Shown here piece after piece: positions 43,408 through 52,838 of a stretch of 64,000 bases of DNA (the first letter of the stretch is position 1; each line of letters begins with the position of its first letter). This DNA comes from Opitutales bacterium (GTDB lineage Bacteria > Verrucomicrobiota > Verrucomicrobiia > Opitutales > UBA2987): contig JAJFLU010000033.1 of the NCBI GenBank assembly GCA_021772515.1, positions 28,106-92,105 of the forward strand, given 5' to 3'. The notes under the pieces are model-generated. The model had not been told where the DNA came from. It saw nothing but the letters and a program-made list of their open reading frames with translations, and made no database searches. The translations under genes were made by a program, and so were the position numbers.

Positions 43408-44277
43408 ATGAGGAAGTTGGAGAAATTTGGCAAGATGACGAGGCGTGGGTTCTTTGGCCTGGGCTTGGCGGGATTGAGTGGTCTTGGGGGGTTGGGTTAT
43501 GGTTTTTTGGTGGAGTCCCGTTGGCTGGAGGTCAGTAGGGTTCGGATAAAGCTTCCCAAATCATTGAAGGCTCCGATTCGGATTGCTCATTTGTCTGATC
43601 TGCATTGGTCGTCCTTTGTCTCGCTTTCTTTTATTGAAAAAGCCATCGAAATCGGCCTCGGGCAGAATCCTGATTTTGTTTGTGTTACGGGGGATTTTGT
43701 TACGGCCGGTGATGAGATGGAGTTGGATGAATATACTCGGTTTCTGCGAGGGCTTTCGTCGAGGGTAACGACCTTTGGCGTGCTTGGTAATCACGACGGG
43801 GGCTCTTGGAGTAAGGTGAGGGGTGGCTACCGCACGACGGCGCAAGTCTCGAACCTTCTCGATAATGCTGGTTTTACTTTGCTGAGTAATCGTTCGACCA
43901 CCATCGACACCAAGGGTGGTCGGTTAACATTGGTAGGAACTGATGACCTCAGGTCTGGAAGCTTCCGTCCATCAGCGGCGTTCAAGGGAGTTGAGAAAAA
44001 GGCGGCTGCGGCTACGATCTTGCTGGCGCATAATCCCGACAGCAAGGATTACGTGGGCAATTGGGGTTGGGATTTGATGCTTTCCGGGCATACGCATGGA
44101 GGGCAAATCGTGGTTCCGTTTTTAGGCGCACCGGTGGTCCCTGTGCGAGACAGGCGTTACATAGCGGGGCTCAATCCGTGGAAAGATCGATTGATTTACA
44201 CCACGCGAGGGGTCGGCAATCTGTTGGGAATTCGGCTGAATTGTCGGCCGCAGATCAGTATTCTGGATTTAGCGTAA
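43408..44277 (+). CDS. Metallophosphoesterase (YaeI-like) with a Tat-type signal
   Basis: MTRRGFFGLGLAGL is twin-arginine-like. HLSDLHW, TGDFV, GNHD and GHTHGGQ are the calcineurin-like phosphoesterase motifs. Confidence 0.85.
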   Translation: MRKLEKFGKMTRRGFFGLGLAGLSGLGGLGYGFLVESRWLEVSRVRIKLPKSLKAPIRIAHLSDLHWSSFVSLSFIEKAIEIGLGQNPDFVCVTGDFVTAGDEMELDEYTRFLRGLSSRVTTFGVLGNHDGGSWSKVRGGYRTTAQVSNLLDNAGFTLLSNRSTTIDTKGGRLTLVGTDDLRSGSFRPSAAFKGVEKKAAAATILLAHNPDSKDYVGNWGWDLMLSGHTHGGQIVVPFLGAPVVPVRDRRYIAGLNPWKDRLIYTTRGVGNLLGIRLNCRPQISILDLA

Positions 44278-44305
44278 AAATTAAGAGAGCCGAGGGGTAG
44301 TTATC

Positions 44306-44998
44306 TTATTTTTGTTCCCAGAATTGGACGAAGCTGTTTTCGCGGCGGGCGCTGACGGGGGCTCCGAGCACTTCCATGTAGAGGAAGGCTTTGCGGGGGC
44401 CTCTGGGGTCGCTGAGGGAATTGACCACTTCATCACGCAGACTGCCGACGATGTCCGGTGTATGTTGTTGCCCGGATCTTGACGATTTCCCCCAGGACTT
44501 GGATTTCCTGATGCGGGCAGCGTGGGCTTTGGTTTCTTCCATTTTTTGCAATTGCTCTCTCAACTGCGCTTCCAAATCTACCTGTGCGGATGCCGCTTTG
44601 GAGTCGGCAAATTGTTCATACCGGGTATGGGCTTCGGGTCGCGCTTGATGGAAGCCATCGTCTGAGGGCTCTCTGGTAGTTGGGCGGAAGGTGGTTTGCC
44701 CTGCTTGCTGCTGCGGGTGCATTTGCGTTTGCTGCTGGGCGGGAGTTCTTTGCGGGGGCGACGCCTGCTGCGGTTGCTGTTGCTGCTTACGCTCGGCGAT
44801 GCGGCGGCGTATCTCCTTCTGGATTTCCTGAGATCGGTCTATTTCGACCGGCGGGGATGAGGATGTGGGTTCGGGCTGGCCATCTTCGGCAGTTTCGCGT
44901 TTGCCGAACACAGCCTTCAAGATAAAGAAGATCACGATGACCACTGGCATGAGCCAATCCGCTGCAATATACATGGTGATGTCTGTTGTTTGACTCAC
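44306..44998 (-). CDS. Membrane-anchored Gln/Pro-rich low-complexity protein, last gene of the NfeD/FloA operon
   Basis: It has one N-terminal TM helix (WLMPVVIVIFFILKAVF), then a QQQQPQQASPPQRTPAQQQTQMHPQQQ tract and a charged coiled-coil-like region. I recognise no family. Confidence 0.55.
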   Translation of the reverse strand: MSQTTDITMYIAADWLMPVVIVIFFILKAVFGKRETAEDGQPEPTSSSPPVEIDRSQEIQKEIRRRIAERKQQQQPQQASPPQRTPAQQQTQMHPQQQAGQTTFRPTTREPSDDGFHQARPEAHTRYEQFADSKAASAQVDLEAQLREQLQKMEETKAHAARIRKSKSWGKSSRSGQQHTPDIVGSLRDEVVNSLSDPRGPRKAFLYMEVLGAPVSARRENSFVQFWEQK

Positions 44999-45053
44999 GT
45001 TAAACTTACCTAAGTGGCATTGCCGACCCGTTGGGGGGAGAGGCGCAATTTAA

Positions 45054-46109
45054 CTATGCTCCAGATTCGTCTTCATCTTTGGGAGGCTTGGAGATCGATT
45101 GGCGCATATCGGTGTCGGACTGTATATTCATCATTTTGTAGTAGTCCATCACACCGAGATTGCCGGACCTGAATGCCTCGGCCATTGCGAGGGGCACTTC
45201 GGCCTCGGCTTCGACCACTTTGGCCTGCATTTCCTGCACCTTGGCGAGGTTTTCCTGCTCGACAGCGACGGCGGCGGCGCGGCGGATTTCGGCCTGGGCC
45301 TGGGCCATGTTTTTATTGGCTTCGGCCTGGGCTACCTGTAACTGGGCACCGATGTTTTCACCGACATCGATATCGGCGATGTCGATGGAGAGAATTTCAA
45401 AGGCAGTGCCGGTGTCGAGTCCTCGGCTGAGAACGTTTTTGGAAATAGAGTCGGGGTTTTCGAGCACCCATTTGTAGGTTTCGGCGGAACCGATGGTGGT
45501 GACAATGCCTTCACCAACACGAGCGATGATGGTTTCTTCCTGGGCGCTGCCGACGTAGCGTTCGAGGTTGCTACGGACGGTGACGCGGGCGCGGGCTTTT
45601 ACCTGGATGCCGTCTTTGGCCACGCCGTCGATGGTGGTGCGTCCGCTGCCGGCGCCGGGAACGTCAATCACCTTTGGGTTGATGGAGGTGCGGACCGCTT
45701 CGATGATGGATTTGTCGGTGCCCTTGGTGGCGAGGTCGATTGTGCAGGCGCGGTTCCAGTCGATATCGATGCCAGCTTTTTTGGCATTGATGAGACCGAG
45801 GGTAGTTTGCATGATGTCGCCCCCTGCCATGTAGTGGGTTTCGAGTTCGTCGATCTCGACATCGATACCGGCTTTAACGGCGGCGATGCGGGCTTCGACG
45901 ATGAGGTTGTAGGGGAGTTTACGGAACCAGCGCATGACGACGAGATTCCAGAGGGAAACGGGTGCGCCCGATGACTGGGCTTTCAGCCAAACGCTGATGA
46001 AGGAGAAAATGATAAGGGCCAGGACTACGAGGGCAAAGGCGACGCCGATAGATACCATTTGCATTGGCAGTAAAGCCAAGGGGAGTTGGGGGATGGTTGT
46101 AATATTCAT
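45054..46109 (-). CDS. floA: Flotillin-like protein FloA (YqfA/UPF0365)
   Basis: It is collinear with B. subtilis FloA as I recall it. Shared blocks are ESHYLAGG-type [38 protein letters not shown], and the C-terminal [26 protein letters not shown]. Confidence 0.85.
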   Translation of the reverse strand: MNITTIPQLPLALLPMQMVSIGVAFALVVLALIIFSFISVWLKAQSSGAPVSLWNLVVMRWFRKLPYNLIVEARIAAVKAGIDVEIDELETHYMAGGDIMQTTLGLINAKKAGIDIDWNRACTIDLATKGTDKSIIEAVRTSINPKVIDVPGAGSGRTTIDGVAKDGIQVKARARVTVRSNLERYVGSAQEETIIARVGEGIVTTIGSAETYKWVLENPDSISKNVLSRGLDTGTAFEILSIDIADIDVGENIGAQLQVAQAEANKNMAQAQAEIRRAAAVAVEQENLAKVQEMQAKVVEAEAEVPLAMAEAFRSGNLGVMDYYKMMNIQSDTDMRQSISKPPKDEDESGA

Positions 46110-46573
46110 ATCTGTTTAATGATTAATCTAAAATTATCTACGCGGACTACTTCGATGGGTACAGCAGCTTCCAGCAGGCCCGATTGCGAGAAGGCTTCGT
46201 ATTTCTTCCCATCGATAATAACCATGCCTGTGGGGGCCATTTTTGTCAAGGATTCCCCCGTTTTTCCGACAATGTCTTCAGCTTTGGCCTGCGGTTCGAG
46301 GCTGGAACTGGTGTTCCTTTTATCCAAACGGAGGAATTTTCCGAATTTCTTGTGCTGGATAAGCCAGATTTCCACAAAAAACATGATCAAGGCGAGAGTG
46401 GCCGAAATGCAGAAAATAGTCATCGCGGTGGTGCCGCCATACTCGGTGTAGCCGATCACACAGGCCGCGATAAGAAGGATGCCGCCGATGATGGCGAGAA
46501 TTCCTCCGGGGAGGAAAATTTCCAGAAAAAAGAGGAACAGGGCGAGGAGAAATAGAAATATTATGGTCAGCAT
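46106..46573 (-). CDS. NfeD-family membrane protein, short form (TM helices + C-terminal OB fold)
   Basis: Three hydrophobic helices are followed by [30 protein letters not shown]...[11 protein letters not shown], an NfeD C-terminal OB-like pattern. It overlaps the floA start by 4 nt. Confidence 0.7.
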   Translation of the reverse strand: MLTIIFLFLLALFLFFLEIFLPGGILAIIGGILLIAACVIGYTEYGGTTAMTIFCISATLALIMFFVEIWLIQHKKFGKFLRLDKRNTSSSLEPQAKAEDIVGKTGESLTKMAPTGMVIIDGKKYEAFSQSGLLEAAVPIEVVRVDNFRLIIKQI

Positions 46574-46579
46574 ATCTGA

Positions 46580-48163
46580 TTAACCTTCGATTTTTTCCAC
46601 CTGGAGGGAAAAGTTTTTATAGCCGGTCACTTTGATTTGTTCGCCGCGGTCGATGACGTCGAGTGCAGAGGTTGCCTGGAAGCGGATTCCATCGATTTCG
46701 ATTTCGCCGAGCGGGTGCAGATCGGTGACGGCTTTTCCGATGCTGCCGATTTCGGGAAGATTGTGGCCGGCGCCCGTAATGGCCCCACCCTTTGCGATGA
46801 CGGGATCGACATCGGCGGTGGTTCTGCTGTGGACGAGCTTATCCCAGATGCTTGTTTTGGGCAAATAACGCCATAGGAGGGCGAATCCGATGGCGGCAAT
46901 GATGAGGCCCAGACTAATATCGTTAACCGGTTCCCAGAGGATTGCGGGGTCGAAGGGGATGCCCTCACCGGTGTCTTCGAAGTCGCCGGGCCAGATGTCG
47001 GCCAGAGACCAGATGAGGGAGCCGAAGAGCATCAATAGCCCGAACATTCCGAAAAAGATGGTGCCGGGCATAACGAAGAGCTCCACCCCTATGAGGACGA
47101 TGCCGACAAAGAAAACGATGAGGGCCTCGTTGCCGGCGAGACCAGCGACGTAGTTGCTGGCAAATACGATGAGCAATAGCATGACTCCACCGATCCCGGG
47201 CGCGCCGAATCCGGGGGTTTTGAATTCGATCATGAGGAGCAAAAACCCGATACCAAGAAGAACCGGGGTAATCGTCTCCATGTATTGAGCAAATGATTCC
47301 GACCATGTGACTTCAAATTTTTTGATGGTATGATTTCCGCGCCCGTATTTGAGATTGAGCAAGTCTTCCACCGTCTCGGCGATGCCTGCCCCCAACAGAG
47401 GCTCGGATGGTTCGCCGTATTCCCGCATAGCTTCATCGGCCGTGAGGGAAAGCAACTCGCCTTCATCCTTTAGAACCTGTTCGTCTATCTCTAAAACGAA
47501 ATCGGAATCCATCATGGCTTTGAGAACCTTTGCGCGGTAGCGGTATTCGCCGGTCATGCTGCGGACCTTGGCCCCGAGGTAGCTGTTGATTTTCAGCTTC
47601 ATTGTTTCGTCGATATCCTCGCCTCCACCAGAAACAACGGCAGCGGCCCCGATGATGCCTTGAGGCGTAAAATATATATCGCCCGTAGCGATTGATATAA
47701 AGGCTCCTGCGGAGATTGCCTCGTCGTTGACGTAGGCAATGGTGTCTCCCTCGAACTCGTCCAGCATCTTCATCAAATCCAATGTAATGTCGAGGCGACC
47801 GCCGGGGGTATTGATATCGAGCACGACAGTGTTGATGTCGTTTTCGATGGCCTCCTTGAGGCCACGACGGACGATGTAGAGGATGGGCTTTCCGATTCCC
47901 TCGTGAACGGGAATTATATATACCGAAATGGGTTTGCCGGAGATGGGTTGTTCCTCGGCCACGACTTCAATTTTTTCGGCAGCTGCCTCTTCGTCCTCTT
48001 TTATCTCCTCAGCGAGAATCGGAGCGGCCTCCTCCGCTTGTTCGGTCATCGAGGGTTCTTCGATTGCGGGCGGCTCTGCGGGAATGTCCTCCTCGGAAAA
48101 CCCGATTGAAGAGAATATAAGAAAAAAGGCCAGGACAGCTCTGAAATAATAACGATTGAACAT
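46580..48163 (-). CDS. NfeD-family membrane-bound ClpP-class serine protease, long form
   Basis: The ATG at 48163 has AGGAAG upstream and gives the signal peptide MFNRYYFRAVLAFFLIFSSIG. A ClpP-like domain follows (VLDINTPGGRLD, AISAGAFISIA), then a TM block and a C-terminal OB fold (GKAVTDLHPLGEIEIDGIRFQATS). Confidence 0.8.
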   Translation of the reverse strand: MFNRYYFRAVLAFFLIFSSIGFSEEDIPAEPPAIEEPSMTEQAEEAAPILAEEIKEDEEAAAEKIEVVAEEQPISGKPISVYIIPVHEGIGKPILYIVRRGLKEAIENDINTVVLDINTPGGRLDITLDLMKMLDEFEGDTIAYVNDEAISAGAFISIATGDIYFTPQGIIGAAAVVSGGGEDIDETMKLKINSYLGAKVRSMTGEYRYRAKVLKAMMDSDFVLEIDEQVLKDEGELLSLTADEAMREYGEPSEPLLGAGIAETVEDLLNLKYGRGNHTIKKFEVTWSESFAQYMETITPVLLGIGFLLLMIEFKTPGFGAPGIGGVMLLLIVFASNYVAGLAGNEALIVFFVGIVLIGVELFVMPGTIFFGMFGLLMLFGSLIWSLADIWPGDFEDTGEGIPFDPAILWEPVNDISLGLIIAAIGFALLWRYLPKTSIWDKLVHSRTTADVDPVIAKGGAITGAGHNLPEIGSIGKAVTDLHPLGEIEIDGIRFQATSALDVIDRGEQIKVTGYKNFSLQVEKIEG

Positions 48164-48276
48164 ATTTCTTCCTAAAAATGGGGCATCCACTGGATAAATG
48201 CAAGCTCTTGAATGACAATCAACAATGGGTTTGATGCTATTTTGACAACTGTTGAAGCGAATAAGTTCAACAGAAA

Positions 48277-49341
48277 GTGTTGAATGTTTCCTGGTTGGTC
48301 GAGAAAATGGTTTTCAGAATGGATTCGCCCGTTGTATTTGATGAGACCCTGAAGTCCGATTTACAGGCGGAAGCCGCGCGGTTGGGGTTTTCCGTGTGCG
48401 GGGTGGCTCCTGTTCAACCGGAAAAGCGAAGGGAGTATTATCTGAAATGGATCGCCGAGGGTCAGCATGGGGAAATGGCCTGGATGGAGAGGAATATCGA
48501 GCGGCGGCTCGATCCGGGGCTTATTTTGCCGGAAGCCCGGAGTGTGTTGTGTCTGGGTATGAATTATTTTCAAACCGAGCCAAGCCGCCGGGGACGCATC
48601 GCCAAGTATGCTTTGGGCAGGGATTACCACGGGCTGATGCTGAAAAAACTGAAAAAGCTCTGCCATTGGCTGCGGTTGAAGGGCGGGCAGAACCGGCCCT
48701 ATGTCGATACGGGGCCGGTGTTGGAAAAGCCTTTGGCCGTGCGGGCGGGTCTCGGTTGGCAGGCCAAAAACACGATGCTGATTCACCCGAAGATTGGGAA
48801 TTGGCTGTTTTTGGGGGAAATATTTACGACTTTGGAAATACCGCCGGATGAGGGGGTTTCCGACCATTGCGGGGACTGTATCGCCTGCATTGAGGCCTGC
48901 CCAACGGGGGCCATCACCGCGCCCTACCAACTGGATGCGCGACGCTGCATCGCCTATTTGACGATCGAACATCAGGGCGCGATTCCCGAGGAATTTCGGG
49001 AGGCGATCGGGGACCGTCTTTTCGGCTGTGATGAATGCCTCGATGTCTGCCCTTGGAATCGCTGGGCCCAAGCCACCCGCGAGGAGAAGTTCGCCGCCCG
49101 TCAATACCCCGATCTGCGGGAAATGCTGGCCTGGAGTGAAGAGGAATTCCGCGCCCATTTCCGGCAAACCCCGATCCTGCGGCTGAAGCGTCCGCGTTGG
49201 CTGCGCAATATCTGTGTGGTTTTGGGAAATATCGGAACTCTGGAGGATCTTCCGGCCCTGGAAAAAGCCGCCAATGATCCCGATCCCCTGGTCGCCGAAC
49301 ACGCCAACTGGGCGATTGAAAAAATCAAAGGCCGGGTTTAA
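48277..49341 (+). CDS. queG: Epoxyqueuosine reductase QueG
   Basis: GFSVCGVAP...KWIAEGQHGEMAWMERN is present, with Fe-S motifs CGDCIACIEACPTGAI and FGCDECLDVCPWN and a HEAT-like C-terminus. The likely true start is ATG 48307 or 48319. Confidence 0.85.
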   Translation: MLNVSWLVEKMVFRMDSPVVFDETLKSDLQAEAARLGFSVCGVAPVQPEKRREYYLKWIAEGQHGEMAWMERNIERRLDPGLILPEARSVLCLGMNYFQTEPSRRGRIAKYALGRDYHGLMLKKLKKLCHWLRLKGGQNRPYVDTGPVLEKPLAVRAGLGWQAKNTMLIHPKIGNWLFLGEIFTTLEIPPDEGVSDHCGDCIACIEACPTGAITAPYQLDARRCIAYLTIEHQGAIPEEFREAIGDRLFGCDECLDVCPWNRWAQATREEKFAARQYPDLREMLAWSEEEFRAHFRQTPILRLKRPRWLRNICVVLGNIGTLEDLPALEKAANDPDPLVAEHANWAIEKIKGRV

Positions 49342-49406
49342 TCAAAGATAATCGAGATGAGCCAAACACACTTAAAATTACTACTTCCTTCCACAAGCGA
49401 CACGGA

Positions 49407-50348
49407 ATGACCCAGTTCAAGAATCAACCCTTTTTTGAAGCAACTGGTATTATGGAGGATTTTATTGCAGGCCCGCAGCTTTGGCTTTTTCCTTGGCGGA
49501 ATCCGCTTACTGCGCGGTTGGGGAGAGAGTATTTTCTGGGTTTGCCGAGGAGGCCGGGCGTGTATTTGATGCGGGATAAGGACGGGCGGGTCATCTATGT
49601 GGGGCAATCGAAAAATCTTCGCCAACGGCTGGATTCGTATCGGTACGCGAGGCCGGAGTCTTCCTCGCGCAAGGTGATTCGACTCATCGCCCGAATTTCG
49701 ACCATCGAGATCGAACTTTGCCCGACTGCCCAAGCGGCGATGCTGCGTGAAAATTTCCTTTTACGCAAATACCGCCCGTTATTTAATACGGTGAATACGC
49801 ATCCCGAATCCCATGTTTTTATTCGAATCAGGACCGAGAAAGAGGGTCTTGAAGTGGATTATACCAATATCCAGGGGACTTATTCGGCCAATGAGCCCGG
49901 TGCCCTAATTTTTGGCGCTTTCAAGAGTTTCCCGGCCCGTCGGGGACTTCTGGCGCTTTTTCGTCTTTTCTGGAGCCAATCGAATCTATCGGCGGATCGC
50001 CACTCACTCCCGGTGCACCTGAACGGGCAAAAACCGCCCCGCCCCTTTCGGTTAAAAATCTTGACCGACAACAAACGGATGGCGCGTAAAACCTTCGATT
50101 ATTTTTCGGGGAAATCGGATGTTCTGATCAACCGCCTGTGTGGGAAATCGGGGCAAATGTTGACATCGGTGGAGGATCCCTGGCTGCGCGATATACTGTC
50201 TGAGGATCGCGATGCTCTCACCCATTTTTATCGAGTGGGCCCCGCGCGGAACACGCAGTTGAAGGAGGGTTCGCCCCTTTCACGCAAGCAGCCCATTGGT
50301 CAGGCACAATTGGATGATTTGCTGGTCACAGTGAATTTGTCGGTGTAG
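49407..50348 (+). CDS. GIY-YIG nuclease family protein (UvrC N-terminal half / Cho-like)
   Basis: PGVYLMRDKDGRVIYVGQSKNLRQRLDSY...IEIELCPTAQAAMLRENFLLRKYRPLFN is a GIY-YIG module. The C-terminal about 180 aa are not recognised. Confidence 0.7.
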   Translation: MTQFKNQPFFEATGIMEDFIAGPQLWLFPWRNPLTARLGREYFLGLPRRPGVYLMRDKDGRVIYVGQSKNLRQRLDSYRYARPESSSRKVIRLIARISTIEIELCPTAQAAMLRENFLLRKYRPLFNTVNTHPESHVFIRIRTEKEGLEVDYTNIQGTYSANEPGALIFGAFKSFPARRGLLALFRLFWSQSNLSADRHSLPVHLNGQKPPRPFRLKILTDNKRMARKTFDYFSGKSDVLINRLCGKSGQMLTSVEDPWLRDILSEDRDALTHFYRVGPARNTQLKEGSPLSRKQPIGQAQLDDLLVTVNLSV

Positions 50349-50363
50349 AACGGAGGTTTGCCT

Positions 50364-51572
50364 ATGAAAATAACCGATGTTGAAGTTCTCCATTGTGATG
50401 CCGGGTGGCGGTATTTTTCATTTTTGAAGATTACCACCGATGAGGATATTGTCGGTTACAGTGAGTTCAATGAATGCTTCGGTGGGTATGGTATATCGAC
50501 CGTGATAAAGGAACTCGATTATCTTGTCATCGGGCAGGATCCGATGGCCCATGAAAAACTGTATTTTGAACTTTATGCCGCGAGCAGACCGGGTTCGGGC
50601 GGGGTGATTGGGATGGCGCTCGGCGCGATTGAAAACGCCGTCCTCGACATCAAAGGCAAGGCTCTCGGATTACCGGTTTACAAGCTGCTCGGCGGCCCGG
50701 TGCGGGATCGTATCCGGCTATACTGGTCCCATTGCGGCACCTACAGAATCCATCAACATGCGATTTTGGGCAAATCTCCAGTGAGCAAGATGGAGGATCT
50801 GGCGGATATTGGCCGGGAGGTTGCGGAAAATAAATTCTCCGCTTTCAAAACCAATGTATTTCTTTTCGATGATGGAAAACCAATGCTCTATTCTCCGGGA
50901 TTCAATGGGCCGCGCGGCCTGCCGGAGCTGCCTTCGGATGGCCGGGTAATCGAGTCGTTAAAGGCCCAAATGGGCATTTTCCGTGAAGCGGTCGGTCCGG
51001 AAATGGATATTTTGCTGGATTTGAACTTCAATTTCAAAACCGAGGGGTTCCGTAAAATCATGAGGGCGATGGAGGCTTTCGATTTATTTTGGATCGAAAT
51101 GGATTCCGGGGATGCCATGGCGCTCAAAACAATCAGAGATTGCTCCACGACATCTATAAGCTCCTGTGAAACACTGATTGGCCTTCGGCAGTTTAAGCCC
51201 TATTTTGAAAATCATTCGGTGGACTTTGCGATTATTGATGCGGTTTGGAATGGGGTGGCGCAATCAATGAAAATCGCGGCTATGGCGGAGGCGTATGAGG
51301 TGAATATCGCGCCCCATAATTTCTATGGCCATCTGTCGACGTTTATGAACGTGAATTTTTGCGCGGCGGTCGCCAATTTCGAGATAATGGAAATAAACGT
51401 GGAAGGCGTTCCCTGGCGTGACGACATGGTAACTCGTCTCCCTGAAATCATAGACGGCTATTTGCAATTGCCCACCGGTCCTGGCTGGGGCACGGATGTG
51501 AACGAGGAATTCGTCCGAGCGCATCCGGCCAAAGAGACCTATGGCGGCCTAACGGAAAGTGTATTACCTTAG
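50364..51572 (+). CDS. Enolase-superfamily (mandelate racemase/muconate lactonizing enzyme family) acid-sugar dehydratase candidate
   Basis: MKITDVEV..., ALGAIENAVLDIKGKALGLPVYKLLGG, and metal-ligand contexts LDLNFN, WIEMD and CETL are present. GGAGG lies 7 nt upstream of ATG 50364. Confidence 0.85.
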   Translation: MKITDVEVLHCDAGWRYFSFLKITTDEDIVGYSEFNECFGGYGISTVIKELDYLVIGQDPMAHEKLYFELYAASRPGSGGVIGMALGAIENAVLDIKGKALGLPVYKLLGGPVRDRIRLYWSHCGTYRIHQHAILGKSPVSKMEDLADIGREVAENKFSAFKTNVFLFDDGKPMLYSPGFNGPRGLPELPSDGRVIESLKAQMGIFREAVGPEMDILLDLNFNFKTEGFRKIMRAMEAFDLFWIEMDSGDAMALKTIRDCSTTSISSCETLIGLRQFKPYFENHSVDFAIIDAVWNGVAQSMKIAAMAEAYEVNIAPHNFYGHLSTFMNVNFCAAVANFEIMEINVEGVPWRDDMVTRLPEIIDGYLQLPTGPGWGTDVNEEFVRAHPAKETYGGLTESVLP

Positions 51573-51706
51573 AAAATTGAATTTAGCTTCCCTAATGGAG
51601 ACCATCAGTTAATCTGATATTTGTCCGCAGCTATTTCAAAAACTACGTTGTACCATTAACTTACGCTAAATTGTGGTTGAGAATTTTTTGGGAATGGAGA
51701 ATGGTT

Positions 51707-51928
51707 ATGATCAAACATGCTACGGAAGATTTGTTGTCAAATACCGGTGCGGAAAAGGATGTTTCCGAGGTTAAATCTGGTGAAAACGATCCTGGAAAAA
51801 CACCTCATCGCGCCGGAAAAAAGGTCGATGTTGAGAAGCGGCACGAGAAAGGCATGGCGGAATACATGGCGACTAAACACATGAGGGAGTCACACCCGCA
51901 TATGGGGGGATTGGGGATGTCTCTATAG
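51707..51928 (+). CDS. Small hydrophilic hypothetical protein (73 aa), weak call
   Basis: The ATG has GGAG 7 nt upstream. The sequence MIKHATEDLLSNTG...HPHMGGLGMSL matches no family I recognise. Confidence 0.25.
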   Translation: MIKHATEDLLSNTGAEKDVSEVKSGENDPGKTPHRAGKKVDVEKRHEKGMAEYMATKHMRESHPHMGGLGMSL

Positions 51929-52061
51929 TTCGAATGAGATCGGTGACGGCGCTGGTGTGGGCCGCGTGAAATAGGTTGAATCTTTGGGGTTGTTGTGGGA
52001 GATATGGTTTATTGTTTTTTATCGCCATTCGAGTCTGAATTTTCGTTTTGGGCATAGCTTG

Positions 52062-52232
52062 ATGCCACTCTCTCGTGGGGGGCTTTTCGTGTGTCTGTGT
52101 TTTTTGGCGCCTTCGGCTGTTGTGGTGGAGGGTGATCATGGCGGCGGGGAGGCGCGTTTGCTCTTCTACATCACACTGGATGATGCGCGAATTGGGAGCA
52201 TGTTGTTTCAGGAAGGATCCAATGAGACTTGA
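52062..52232 (+). pseudogene. Orphan 5' remnant of a kelch-type gene (signal-peptide region only), running into darT
   Basis: MPLSRGGLFVCLCFLAPSAVVVEGDHGGGEARL duplicates the N-terminus of the 54018-55121 protein. It then diverges and stops after 56 codons. Confidence 0.45.
52079..52161 (+). repeat. Direct repeat copy A (83 nt) flanking the DarTG cassette
   Basis: By my hand alignment, 52079-52153 are identical to 54041-54115 (75 nt), and 6 of the next 8 nt also match. Confidence 0.85.
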
Positions 52233-52821
52233 GGAATTTCAAAATATTACTCCACTTGACAATATTCCATCGATTCTGAATCACGCAATCCTGTCGCATA
52301 ACAAAGCGGCAAAGCTGCCTCATAATACGGTGGCTCATCAAGAGGTTCAGCAGAGGCGGGATGCCAAGATGGTCCCTAGAGGCCTTCCCCTGCATCAGTA
52401 TGCGAATGTCTATTTCCACGCTCGTAATCCCATGATGTACTCCAGGAAAAACCAGGCTCAGAAACTTTGTGTTCTCAGGATTTCAACACGAATACTTGAA
52501 ATTCCCGGAGCGGTGATTACCGATCAGAATGCGGCCAGCCCATACGTTCGCTTTTCGAGTCCGGACAGGCTTCCGGAGATGGATTTGGAATACGTCTTCG
52601 CCCGATACTGGAAACATAAGGATGACCCTATCGAGGATAGGAAGCATAGCAACGCAAAGTGTGCCGAGACACTGATTCCTAATAGGATTTCACCGCGTTT
52701 TTTACAGGGAGCCCATGCGCTTAACGAGACAGCCAAACAAAAATTGATTGCTCTCGGTTTTAGTCTTCCGCTAGTGTGCAATCCTGATCTATTGTGCAAT
52801 CCTGATCTATTTTTCCACTAA
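52222..52821 (+). CDS. darT: DarT, DNA ADP-ribosyltransferase toxin (DUF4433)
   Basis: GGAAGGA lies 5 nt upstream of the ATG. Motifs include ITPLDNIPSILNHAILSH, YANVYFHARNPMMY, AVITDQNAAS, and the ARTT glutamate context NAKCAETLIP (compare QAEFLV in the Thermus DarT). A macrodomain gene follows directly. Confidence 0.85.
   Translation: MRLEEFQNITPLDNIPSILNHAILSHNKAAKLPHNTVAHQEVQQRRDAKMVPRGLPLHQYANVYFHARNPMMYSRKNQAQKLCVLRISTRILEIPGAVITDQNAASPYVRFSSPDRLPEMDLEYVFARYWKHKDDPIEDRKHSNAKCAETLIPNRISPRFLQGAHALNETAKQKLIALGFSLPLVCNPDLLCNPDLFFH
52776..52811 (+). repeat. Perfect 2 x 18-bp tandem duplication at the darT 3' end
   Basis: GTGCAATCCTGATCTATT occurs at 52776-52793 and again at 52794-52811. It is in frame and gives CNPDLL-CNPDLF just before the stop. 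Confidence 0.9.
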
Positions 52822-52838
52822 TTGCTTGAAGCTTACAC

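Noticed and set aside
48361-49302. A 313-aa minus-strand ORF antisense to queG.
   Set aside because: The plus-strand frame carries the QueG Fe-S and HEAT-like motifs. The antisense product is Pro/Arg/Gly-rich with no recognisable domain.
51931-51944. CGAATGAGATCGGT upstream of repeat copy A, considered as a degenerate right TIR of the MITE (CGAATTTGAGATAGGTTC).
   Set aside because: It needs two gaps and several mismatches. It is too weak to support a second element end, so I mention it only as a lead.
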